Positions 52,110 to 62,830 of a stretch of DNA of 62,830 nt are shown piece by piece (position 1 is the first letter of the stretch; each line of letters opens with the position of its first letter). The stretch covers positions 87,230,139 to 87,292,968 of the forward strand of contig NC_057718.1 in NCBI RefSeq assembly GCF_004010195.1, written 5' to 3'. The notes beneath the pieces are model-generated. The model was given only the letters and a program-made list of their open reading frames with translations. It was not told the DNA's origin and made no database searches. Position numbers and translations under genes: made by a program. The stretch comes from Chiloscyllium plagiosum (lineage: Eukaryota).

Positions 52110-52742
52110 TCTCTTGGTAGAGTATTGGATCTGGCATTGGAGTTCCTAATGCCATTTCAGGCACCCCCCACCAAGGTCCAGAAAAATCACACTTAACCTG
52201 GTGGCAAGTCTTCAACCCATTAGTAACTCTGCAGGAGCCATCCGTATAATTGCATGTGGGGTGTTCCTATAATAAAACAAGAGTAGTAACAGTTTTCCTC
52301 AATCCAGGCTTCAGAATTTGGACCACTCTTTTTGCCATGCCATTGGATAATGGGTAAAATGGAGCTGTCCTAATATGTCAAATCCCATTTGACTTTTAGA
52401 AATTACCAAATTCCCTGCGGGTAAACAATCGCCCATTATCTGTGACCAATACTTCCAGCATCCATATGTTGCAAAAAGTTCACACAGTTTTTCTATCATT
52501 GTCACAGTATTTGATGAATGGACATTATGCATATCTAACTGTTTTTTTGGGCATCTATAATAATTAAGAGCATTGAGCCCACGAAAGGATCTGCATAGTT
52601 GGCATGCAACTGAGTTTACCCAACCATTCCCACGGATGTGGGAGGGAGCTACAGTTGGCAACTTCTGTCCTTGTTGACACTAAGAGCTCTGCCCCACTAA
52701 TGTGGCTATGTCTGCATCCAACCCTGGCACCAGATATAATTC
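52110..52742 (-). mobile_element. Gypsy integrase fragment related to the 15-21 kb element
   Basis: PWEW, TIEKL.ELFATYG-like and TDNG-like segments on the minus strand. Confidence 0.7.
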
Positions 52743-52855
52743 CAAAAAAAAAAATGGATTAGAGGCTAAAATAAAACTGCAGATGATGGAATCCAAGGTA
52801 GACGAGCAGGAGACTGGAAGAACACAGCAAGCCAGGCAGCATCAGGAGGTGGAGA

Positions 52856-52890
52856 AGTCGACGTTTCAGGTGTAACCCTTCTTCAGGACT
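52856..52890 (-). ncRNA. Minimal type I hammerhead with 4-bp helix I, within a PLE terminal fragment (~52765-52900)
   Basis: AGTC-CTGAAGA-A-GGGT tac ACCT-GAAA-CGTC-GACT. Confidence 0.68.
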
Positions 52891-52939
52891 GGGGGTAGGT
52901 GTTAAGGTTAAGGAAACTGAAGACAAACAGAGATATGAC

Positions 52940-55452
52940 TGCATGGCATCCTCAGGCAAGGCAAATGCAGAGGAATCTGTCTCTTGATCAACACCTCTGT
53001 TGCTCAGATGTGATGGCCCTGACAAGTTATTGCTCACTGATTTAGAATATCTAACGGTGAAGTACCATCCCTATTACCTACCACGAGAGTTTACCTATGT
53101 CATCCTGACAACACTTTACATCCCACCCTATGTGGAAGTGAAGATTCTCTTGATGAATCATACACCACTACAAATGGCCTTGAGATGGAATACCTCAAGG
53201 CCGTTTTCATCGTAGCCGGTGACTTCAACCACGCCGATCTCAAGAGTGTGCTACCAAGTACCACCAACACATGTCCTGTCCCACAAGAGGCCCAAACACC
53301 CTGGACTATTGCTACACAACGATAAAAGACCTCTACCACTCCATTCCCTGCCCACATTTTGGTAAATCAGACCATAAGGCTGTGTTCTTTTTTCTGGATT
53401 GTGAGCAGTAACTGAAGCGTGAGAATCTGGGAAAGAAAGTCATACAGTGCTGCTCTGAGGTAACAGACGATCTCCTAAGCGGGTGCTTGGAGTAAGTGGA
53501 CTGGTTCATTTTCAAGCACTCAGCTGCCAACCTAAATGAGTATGCCACTACATCACAGACTTCAACAGTTAGTGTATAGAGAACTGCGTGCCAAAGAAGT
53601 TGATCTGAGTGTTCCCCAACCGGAAACCATGGATGAAGATCCATTTCCTACTGAAGTCCACATTTGAGGCATTCAAGTCAGGTGGCCCTGACTACACAGG
53701 AAATCTAGGTACGATCTTCACAAAGCTATCAGGGACACCAAGGGACAATACCAAACTCAACTACAGTTCCAGACTAACCATATTAACATACGTCAACAGT
53801 AGCAAAGCTTACAGGATGTAACAGCCTACAAAGCAAAGTCAAGTCGAATTGCTGAGAACAATGCATCCCTCCCCGATGAATTAAATGCATTCTATTCTTG
53901 TTTTGAACCAGTGAAATGATGTCACCTGACATGAATGCCTTGGCTGCACCTATACCAACAGTCGCCACAGCAGACATCAAATTGGCTTTCTTGAAAGTGA
54001 ACCCATGGAAAACAACTGGCCTGGATGGAATCCACGGCCTTGCACTCAGATTCTATGCAGACAAGCTAGTAGGAGCATTAGCAGACATCTTTAACTTTTC
54101 CTTACTATGGTGTTAGGTTCCCAACTACCTCAAGAAGACCACTATTATCCCAGTGCCAAAGAAAAATCAGGCAATATGCCTTAATGATTACTACCCAGTG
54201 GCTCTGACATGCATCATTGTGAAGTGCTTCAAGCAGCACACATCAACTGCAGCCTCTCTGATTGCCTTGATCTTCTACAGTTTGTCTATCGTCACAATAG
54301 GTCCAAAGCAGACGCCATCTCCCTGGAACATCTGGAATAAGAAAGACACCTACATCAGACTTGTTTTTGTTGACTTTTGCTCCACCTTCAACACCATAAT
54401 TCCAAATAAAACTCATCTCCAAACTCTGAGACCTAGGACTCTGCTCCCCACTGTGCAAATGGATTCTCAAATTCCTGACCCACAGACTGCAATCAGTAAG
54501 GATAGGCAACAACACCTCCTCCACAATAATCCTCAACACTGTTGCCCCACAAGACTGCATACCCAGCCCCTTATACTCCTATACTCCTTATACACTCAGA
54601 ACGGTGTGGCCTAGTTCAACTCTAACTCCATTTACACATGTGCTAAGGACTCCACCATAGTGGCTCAGATCTCAAACAAGGACCAGACAGAATAAGAGAG
54701 GAAGATAGACAGCTTCGTGGCATGGTGTAAGGACATCAATCTCTCCTTCAGTGTTACCAAAACAAAGGAGCTGGTCATCAACTTCAGGAAGCTGAGAGGA
54801 GGACATGCTTCTGTCTGTATCAATGGCGCTGAGGTGGAGGTGGTTGAGAGCTTCAAGTTCCTAAAAGTAAATATCAACAACGATCTATCCTAGTTTACTG
54901 ACATTGAAGTTACAGTCAAGAAAGTACACTAATGATTTTACTTCCTCGGAAGGCTAAGGAAATTCAGCATGTCAAAAATGACTCTTGACAATTTTTAGAG
55001 ATGCACCACAGAAAGCATCCTATCCTGATGTATCATAGCATGGTATGGAAATTGATCTGCCTAAGACTGAAAGAAATTTCAGAGAGTTGTGAACACAGTC
55101 CAAACAATCACAAAAACCAGCCACCCTTCCATTAACTCCGTCTACAATTCCCGGTGCCTCGGGAAGGCAGCCAACATAACCAAAGACTCCTCACACCCTC
55201 TCTTCCGCCCTCTTCCATCAGACATAAGATAGAAAAGTTTGAAAACACATCCCAACAGATTTAAGAATAGCTTCTTCTCAGCTGTTATCAGACTAATGAA
55301 AAGAATTCTCATACATTTGAGTAGATCTTTCTCTGCACCTTCCTTGCAGCTGTCACACTATATACTGCATTCTGTTCTATCATCCTGATGAACTTATGTA
55401 AGGTATGATTTATTTGATTAGCATGGAATACAATCCTCTTCACTGTATCTCA
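52940..55452 (+). mobile_element. Rex1/Babar LINE (EN + RT to 3' UTR), decayed; last bases of tail resume at ~57867 and 58099
   Basis: LEYLTVKYHPYYLPREFT..LYIPP, GDFNH, SDH, CLNDYYPVALT, FVDFCSTFNTIIP, KTKELVINFR; tail gtgacaataata|aatcaaatcaaa. Confidence 0.85.
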
Positions 55453-55454
55453 GT

Positions 55455-57866
55455 TGATTGAGTTCTTTGAGAACTTGATTGAATTTTTTGAAAAAAGTAA
55501 CAAGGAGGACTGATGAGGGCAGAGTGGTGGATGTGATCTATATGGACTTTAGTAAGGCATTTAGCAAGGGTCCACATGGGAGGCTGGTTAGCAAGGTTAG
55601 ATCTCATGGAATATAGGCAGAAATATCCATTTGGATACAGAACTGGCTCGAAGGTAGAAGACAGAGGATGGTGGTAGAGGGTTGTTTTTCAGACTGGAGG
55701 ATCTGTGACCAGCAGAGTGCCACAAGGATCAGTGCTGGGTCCACTACTTTTCATCAGTTATATAAATGATTTGGATATGAACATAGGAGGTATAGTTAGT
55801 AAGTTTGCAGATGACACCAACATTGGAGGTGTAATGGACAGCAAATAACATTACCTTAGATTACAATGGGATCTTGATCAGATGGGCCAATGGGCTGAGG
55901 AATGGCAGATGGAGTTTAATTTAGATAAATGCAATGTGCTGCATTTTGGGAAAGCAAATCTTACCAGGACATTTACACTTAATGGTAAGGTTCTAGGGAG
56001 GATTAATGAATAAAGAGACCTTGGAATGCAGGTTCATAGCTTCTTGAAAGTAGAGTCATAGAGTCACAGAGTCATAGGGATGTACAGCACAGAAATCTAC
56101 ACTTCGGTCCAACCCATCCATGCCGATCAGACATCCCACCCCAATCTAGTCCCACCTGCCAGCATCTGGCCCATATCCCTTCCTATTCATATACCCATCC
56201 AGATGCCTTTTAAATGTTGCAATTGTACTAGCCTCCACCACTTCCTCTGGCAGCTCGTTCCATACACATACCAGTGTATGGAATACACTACATGAAAAAG
56301 TTGCCCCTTAGGTCTCTTTTATATCTTTCCCCTCTCACCCTAAACCTATGCCCTCTAGTTCTGGACTCTCCCACTCCAGGGAAAATATCTCGTCTGTTTA
56401 TCCTATCCATGCCCCTCATGATTTTATAAACCTCTATAAGGTCACCCCTCAGCCTCTGATCCTCCAGGGAAAACAGTCCTAGCCTATTTAACCTCTCACT
56501 ATAGCTCAAATTCTCCAACCCTGGCAACACCCTTGTCAATCTTTTCTGAACCCTTCCAAGTTTCACAACATCCTTCCAATAGGAAGGAGACCAGAATTGC
56601 ACGCAGTATTCCGACAGTGGCCTAACCAATGTCTGTACAGCCGCAACATGACCTCTCAACTCCTGTACTCAATATTCTGACCAATAAAGGAAACCATACT
56701 AAACGCCTTCGTCATTATCCTATCTACCAGCAACTCCACTTTAAAGGAGCTATGAACCTGCACTCTAAGGTCTCTTTGTTCAACAACACTCCCTAGGACC
56801 TTACCATTAAGTGTATAAGTCCTGCTAAGATTTGCTTTTCCAAACTGCAGCACCTCACATTTATCTAAATTAAACTCCATCTGCCATTTTTCAGCCCATT
56901 GGCCAATCTGATCAATATCTCATTGTAATCTGTGGTAACCTTCTTCACTGTCCACTACACCTCTAATTTTGGTGTCATCTGCAAACTTACTAACTATATC
57001 TCTTATGCTCACCTCCAAATCATTTATATAAATGATGAAAAGTAGTGGACTCAGAACCAATTATTGTGGCACTCCACTGGTCACAGGCCTCCAGTCTGAA
57101 AAACAACCCTTCACCACCACCCTCTGTCTTCTATATTTGAGCCAGTTCTGTATCCAAATGGCTAGTTCTCCCTGTATTACATGAGATCTAATCTTGCTAA
57201 CTGAGTAGCTGTAGTTAGGATAGTGAAGAAGGCATTTGGTATGGTTTTCTTTATTGGTCAGATCATTGAGTATAGGAGTTGGGAAGTCATTTTGCAGCTG
57301 TACAGGACATTGGTTAGGCCACGTTTGGAATATTGCATGTATTTCTGGTCTCCTTCCTGTCGGAAGGATGTTGTAAAACTTGAAAGGGTTCAGAAAAGAT
57401 TTACAAGGATGTTGCCAGGGTTGGAGGATTTGAGTTATAGGAGACGTTGAATAGGCTGGGGCTATTTTCCCTGGACCGTCGAAGGCTGAGGGGTGACCTC
57501 ATAGAGGTTTACAAAATCATGAGGGGTATGGATAGGGTAAATAGACACTCCCTGGGGTGGGGGAGTCCAGAACCAGAGGGCATAGGTTTAGGGTAAGAGG
57601 AGAAAGATATAAAAGGGACCAAAGGGGCAACTTTTTAATGCAGAGGGTGGTGTGTGTATGGAATGAGCTGCCAGAGGAAGTGGTGGAGGCTGGTACAATT
57701 GCAACATTTAAAAGGCACCTGGATGGGTATGTGAATAGGAAGGGTTTAGCGGGATATGAACAAGTGCTGGCAGGTGGGACCAGGTTACGTTAAGACATCT
57801 GGTCGGCATGGACGAGTTGGTCCGAAAGATCTGTTTCCATGCTGTACGTCTCTGTGACTCTATGAC
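55455..57866 (+). mobile_element. HER1-like CR1 (55455-56054 + 57212-57866) split by an antisense copy
   Basis: YMDFSKAF, VPQGSVLGP, KFADDT; continues KKAFGM...RPRLEYC to the tail. Confidence 0.88.
56051..57200 (-). mobile_element. HER1-like CR1, 5'-truncated, inserted antisense into its own family
   Basis: Tail tagagtca repeats at ~56051; LVRPLSEYCVQFWSP; MEFNLDKC. Confidence 0.88.
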
Positions 57867-57880
57867 GTGTGACAATAATA

Positions 57881-58098
57881 CAGTTGGTTCTGATATAATG
57901 AGATAGTTCTGTTCGCATGTGATCTTGCATTATAAGAAAATCGCGCAATAGCTGCACCATTTAAACTAATGAGGCGAGAATCACATTATAACCAATTCAG
58001 GTAAGGAAAATTCCCATTCTACAAAAAATGTCCAAATTCGTCAATCGCATTCAAGCTAATTTGCATTGAAGAAACACACATTATAGCAGAACCCACTG
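57881..58098. mobile_element. Tigger/pogo-type MITE (218 bp)
   Basis: TIRs CAGTTGGTTCTGATATAATG / CATTATAGCAGAACCCACTG; TA TSD. Confidence 0.85.
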
Positions 58099-58249
58099 TA
58101 AATCAAATCAAAACAAGTCAAACATATTGCTTCAAGAAACTCTCCTGCAGCATCTAACAAATCTCCACAACCCAATCCGAGTCCCTGGAACTAAGGGTGT
58201 CCCAATTAATATAGGGGAAGTTAAAATCATCCATCACAACAACCCCGTT

Positions 58250-58510
58250 ATACAGTCATAAAGCAGGGAAATGGACCTTTTGGTCCAACTCATCCAAGTT
58301 GAACAAACGTCCCAATCTGACCCAGTTCTGTTTGCCAGTACTTGGCCCATATCCCCCTAAACTCTTTCGATTCAAATACCGATTTAGAGCTACCTCCACT
58401 ATTTCCTATGGCACTCATTCCATCCTCTGTGTGAAAAAATTACCCCTCAGGTCCTTTTTAAATCTTCCCCCTCTCACCTTAAATCTGTGCCCAATGGTTT
58501 TGGACTTGAA
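58250..58510 (-). mobile_element. Decayed CR1 3' end
   Basis: GHRFKVRGGRFKKDLRGNFFTQR. Confidence 0.75.
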
Positions 58511-58589
58511 TGCCAGATCATTGTTATTGGCCCAGATTTTGCAAAGATATGGTGAGATTTTGCCAGAGAATCCATGCATGTCAGGTAAT

Positions 58590-60410
58590 TGGTTATCTCT
58601 ACCCATCAATTAAACCTGTTTACTTCCAGTACCAGCTTTGAACTACCATTTATCAAAGTCTCGATAGATTTTGTCGGACCATTGCCTAAATCCTAGAGAG
58701 GGAATCATTATCTTTTAACAATGTGTTTAAATGTTTTAGCTTTATTTCCTGAAGTAGTGCCTTTGGAAATAAATTACAGCAGCAAAAATAGTGGAAAAGT
58801 TGGTTCAATTTTGTTGCAGATGTGAATTACTCAAAGAACTACAATTAAAGTTCATATTTATATTGATCACAAATACTCAAAGAAATAATGAATAGTTTGG
58901 GAATAAAACAAGTTGTCTCTACAACTTTATCATCTGCAATCTCAAGGAGCATTGGAAAGGCAGTATCAAACTTGAAAGACCATGATTAGAGATTATTGTC
59001 AGGAATGTTCTAATGATGATGTTATAACTCACTTGGAAATGTGTGCTGATACTCAAGCCCCACTATCATCAGATCGTCACAAAAATTATAGATTTATCCA
59101 AAGTACACAAAGTTCCCAGTTAATCTGTCTGGTTGAATTAGGTCAACAAAATATGCTGACCAGGTTCCTGTATGTACAAGAACTACTATTTATTACAAAT
59201 AAGAACATTCTAACCAGAGGTAAATAGTGATGAATTATCAATCTATGACTGTCCTAGTTAAGACTTCTGTACACACATACAGACTGACAAATAGGGAAAA
59301 AAAAGGGTACTATTTGGTGGAGGAGAAAAATACTAGGGAAATCATACTGTTCAATACCACCAGTCTGAAGGCTTAGAAGAGATGTTCCTTTTTCTTCACA
59401 AGACTTTCTGTTCTCTGAAGTCCTTCCTTCAAATTAATTCACTATTTTTGCGGTAGGCATAGGGTAATTGGTAAACTAATTGTAAAGTCTTTGAGTTATT
59501 GGTGAAATGCAACTGGCTTTCTTCAGGTTTTGGTTACTTACTGCAAAGATAATCAGACCCTACTTCTTCCAGTCTGGACACCTTATACCATTGTATTGTT
59601 TACACGTATCAGCTATTCAGCTGACCAGTATCTAATCAGAAAGCTTTCGTCAGGCTCTTGGCCTTTGGCATTAAAAACTGGTCATAATTGCAGAAAATAA
59701 TCAGTACCATGTTGCCCAACAAATCTCACTCTGCACACACCTCCTCGTGCTGTGCCAACTTATCTCATCTCCCCTGCAATGTTTGTAAAACAACAGTGTA
59801 AACACAACTCACAATGAGTTCCAGTAATTTGCTTTTAAACATGCAGCATTTTCTTTCCTACTTCTTGGTTTCAAAACAGTCCTTTTCCTAGTTTAGTCCA
59901 CAAGATACAAAAAAAAAGTCCTTACAATCGGTATAAAGGAATTACCTTATTATTGTATGCCATTATGCATACCCCTGGTGACTCTGCAGGATTTTGATTG
60001 ATATATGGACGATATGTGAAAGATATATTGATGCATGGAGAAGACCACTTACACTGATTAAATAGGAATTTATAAATCAAAGCTCAGAGACTACACTTCC
60101 AACTCATGTTTCCACTTTCAGAAATAAACTAGCTGAAGTGTATGAGTTCACCAAAAAAAACTTGTAAAGTGTTTGACAAACAAATAAAACTACAAATAAA
60201 CAGGCTAAGAGTCAGATTTTTTTGCTGGAAACAAAATGTTAGTTTTATTACTGGTCTCTGAGAACAATTAAAAAGCAAAGTTCATTGGACTTTTCTCAAT
60301 TAAAAAGAAATCCAGTGAGATGAATGATGTCGTAAGTATTCCACAAAGGAGGAAAATTTTGAGTGTGACACATTAATATGTCAAAGAGATATAAAGACAG
60401 GGAGGATAGT
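58590..60410 (+). mobile_element. Old Gypsy integrase fragment (different family), split by an LTR-like insert
   Basis: IDFVGPLPKS..GNHYLLT, FPEVVPL, YHLQSQGALER, MIRDYCQE, HINM. Confidence 0.72.
59020..59926. mobile_element. Probable solo LTR (~907 bp)
   Basis: TGTTA...TTACA termini; integrase sequence resumes immediately after; TSD imperfect (ATGA/ATCG). Confidence 0.5.
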
Positions 60411-61069
60411 CAGAAAGTGTAATTAAAGTTTTGGCGTGGAAATGTATCATTGGTTCTTTACTTTTGCTGAGCTAAATTTCTGGAACTCCCTCCCTTATAG
60501 CACTGTGGGTGTAACTGCACTTGAAAGACTGTAGAAGTTCAAACAAGTGGCTCACCACCAACTTCTCAAGACCAATTAGATATTGTCTTCAATGGTGACC
60601 TTGATTGTCTGTAATATTACTGTTATCAGTTAGATCAGCATCAACAGGAACAGCTGAATTATGAGATCTAATGCTTGTATTAATGTGGCGTTGCTACTAG
60701 TTCAGGACGCCCTAGTAATATTCACATTATTTTAATAATGCCGTTCCTGTTAATGCTGGTGTTTCTGTTGTTCTAACTGGCCTTATTAAGTTTTGCAGTT
60801 TATTTGAAAATAATGCACTATTAGTAGTGCTGTTGTTGCTATTAACACAAGTATTACTGTTGCTGCAGCTCTTATTAACTCTTTTAGCCATTTCTATTAG
60901 TTCTGTTATTCTGATTTAAACTGTTATTTCTATCAGTTCTATTTGCATATTAAATCTGTATTACTGTAATAACAACTGGAATATATGTTGCATCTTTAAC
61001 ATAACTGACAGTAGCATTATCAAAGAAAATTTCACACCAAAGCACATGAAGAGATATAAAGACATGAAA

Positions 61070-61350
61070 TTGATTTTAAGAAGCTCGCTAAGGGAGAAGA
61101 AAGCACTAGAGAGATTTAAGGAGGGAATGTCAGAGCTTACAGCCTAGACAACTGAAGGCATGACCATTAATTATTAAAATCAGGAACATAAAGTGTTGAG
61201 CTTTTGGATGGTTACAGGATTGGAGGAGAGATAGGGAGCTTTTGGAATGGTTACAGGACTGGAGGAAATATAGTCACAAATTATGGCGCTGGAAAAGCAC
61301 AGCAAGTCAGGTAGCATCCGCGGAGCAGGAGTGTTGACATTTCAGGCATA
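61070..61350 (-). mobile_element. L2-like 3' fragment plus short PLE terminal fragment
   Basis: Reverse of an L2-like end (gccttcagttgtctaggc..ctctgacattccctcc); gctggaaaagcacagc PLE motif near 61288. Confidence 0.5.
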
Positions 61351-61889
61351 AGAAGTGAGGTAGTGGGACAATTTTCGCACGGGGTATTACCAATCCAGTC
61401 AGACAATGCAGGTCAGAGAGCATGAATGGGTGGTGGGGTAGCAATAATGTTGATAATGAGTTCATTGTAATTTATTAATTTGAAAGTGTTGCAATATACT
61501 AAAGCCCTCCAGTTGACAAAGTGAGGGATCCAGAAGCACATGAACAGATATGGGGTTGGAGAGAGCCACTTTAAGGGTGTTGAAGTAGGTGCTGCTCGTC
61601 TTCCGGCTGGCATTACTATCAGCCCAACTTATCCCATTCATGCTGGCAGGGCTGCTGGTGCTATGAATGCTGGTTGCTGCACCTAAGGCTGGTGCAGCTT
61701 TTTCTTCCAAGAAAGAAAAATCTACCCAAAAAAAAACACGCAACCGCCCTATAATTCATGTCGGTTGCTGCAGTCACCATGGTTCCTCCTGTGAGTATTA
61801 GTGCTGCTGAGGAGCATTAATGCTGACTGGGAGTACCAGTGGTGCTGTGCATGTTAATGGCTTGGTGCTGGTGTTAATCCTGTTGCTGC

Positions 61890-62830
61890 CTCAGGTGCTC
61901 GCTGACATCCGGGTGTGTGCGCAGGCGCGGTGCTGCGGTTGGGAGGAGGAGGAGTACGGTTGTGTGTGTGTGTGTGGGGGGAGGGGAGACTGGTGGCTGC
62001 GTTTCCGTGTCCCGGGGAAGAGAGGGATATCTAGGGAGAGAGGGAGGGGAAAGGATAGGAAGGAGGTGTGTGTGAGAGGGAGAGAGGGGGAAGGAAGGGG
62101 GACGGTGCTGGGGTGGCACGAGCCAGCTGCCAGGCCTGTGTAACTCAGCCCCTCACACCCACCGACAGAGGGAGAGGGGGCAAACGGCGCTGAGGGAGGG
62201 GGCCCGACCCCGACCCCGACCTGACCCCTCCTCCCCTCCCCCCGACATGTGAGAGGCGGAGGAGAGCAGGCACAGAGCGAGGGCACCATGAAGAAGTTCA
62301 ACATCCGGAAGGTGCTGGACGGCCTGACGGCAGCGGCCGCCGCCTCGTCCTCCTCGTCGCAGCCCTGCCAGCGGCCGCCCGACAGCGACATCGTCGAGAC
62401 CCTGTGCTCCGAACACTTCCAGCTCTGCAAAGTGAGTGCGGCCCCCGTGGACCGGCCCTTCGACCGACCGACCCACCTACCTACCTCGCTAACCGTCCCG
62501 GCCAGGGTAACCGGCGGAGGTCCCGGACCCAAACACAGCCCACCCCTCCTCCTCCCCCGGGTACCCGGCTGATTCAGCATTTGAAGGTTTTTATTTGGGG
62601 GGGGGGGGGAGGCGCGTGCGGTCTGCCCTCAGCCACCGCAACCGTTGTCAGTGAGTGATGATGTTCGCGGGCACCATCGCACCCTCAGCCCCTCATGACA
62701 GCGCTGTTTGTGTGACCCTGACCCGCTGGGTGCCTGCCCTGACACCCTCCGGTCCTGGCCCAGTCTCTCTCTCGCAGCATCACCCTTTCTCCTCTTCCCA
62801 CACACCCACCTAAACATCACCCCCCCACAC
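61890..62830. promoter_or_regulatory. CpG island / probable promoter, 5' UTR and start of intron 1 of STXBP5
   Basis: Abrupt rise in GC and CpG content versus the CpG-depleted upstream DNA; purine-rich tract ~62020-62115; CCGAC repeats flank the exon. Confidence 0.75.
62288..62431 (+). CDS. STXBP5: First coding exon of tomosyn-1 / syntaxin-binding protein 5 (48 codons; gene continues beyond the window)
   Basis: MKKFNIRKVLDGLTA...DIVETLCSEHFQLCK matches the recalled tomosyn N-terminus (STXBP5 has FNIRKVLDGLTA and SEHFQLCK; STXBP5L has FNFRK and SEYFQICK). Kozak gcaccATG; phase-0 donor AAA|GTGAGT at 62432; lies in CpG-rich DNA. Confidence 0.92.

Noticed and set aside
60600..61000. AT-rich (ctgtta/ttact)-like low-complexity tract, and the vaguely periodic tgctg tract at 61580-61890
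   Set aside because: Simple-sequence DNA with no defined unit or coding signal that I can support.
62249..62572. 107-aa ORF as a complete protein
   Set aside because: Starts at GTG and runs past the GTGAGT donor; tomosyn similarity covers only 62288-62431.
61891..62580. 229-aa antisense ORF over the STXBP5 exon
   Set aside because: Stop-poor GC-rich DNA with low-complexity translation and no recognisable domain.

Overview
Eukaryotic, repeat-saturated genomic DNA, most likely from a shark: it carries abundant HE1-type SINEs and HER1/CR1 LINEs, which are typical of elasmobranchs. About 60 kb is intergenic sequence built from nested, decayed retroelements. These include several CR1 families, two L1s, two Rex/Babar LINEs, an RTE, Penelope-like elements (PLEs), a two-LTR Gypsy element, solo LTRs, SINEs and two Tc1/mariner-type MITEs. 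There is also a 516-nt assembly gap. The only host gene is at the right edge: a CpG island containing the first coding exon of tomosyn-1 (STXBP5; 62288-62431, + strand, followed by a GT donor). Nearly all ORFs in the supplied track are transposon fragments or their antisense shadows. The most notable signal is a set of short PLE-derived insertions with long target-site duplications (TSDs), several of which fold back into hairpins centred on minimal hammerhead-ribozyme cores (CUGANGA-stem II-GAAA-NUH). Other points of interest are an L1 lacking almost all of ORF2, a young solo LTR with a 5-bp TSD, an unexplained hairpin-tailed repeat inserted twice at the same LTR position, a T-arm-deleted tRNA-Gly pseudogene and an AUG-stop uORF before STXBP5. 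No intact novel protein-coding system was found. Family names come from recalled motifs and were not checked by database search; boundaries of old elements are approximate.
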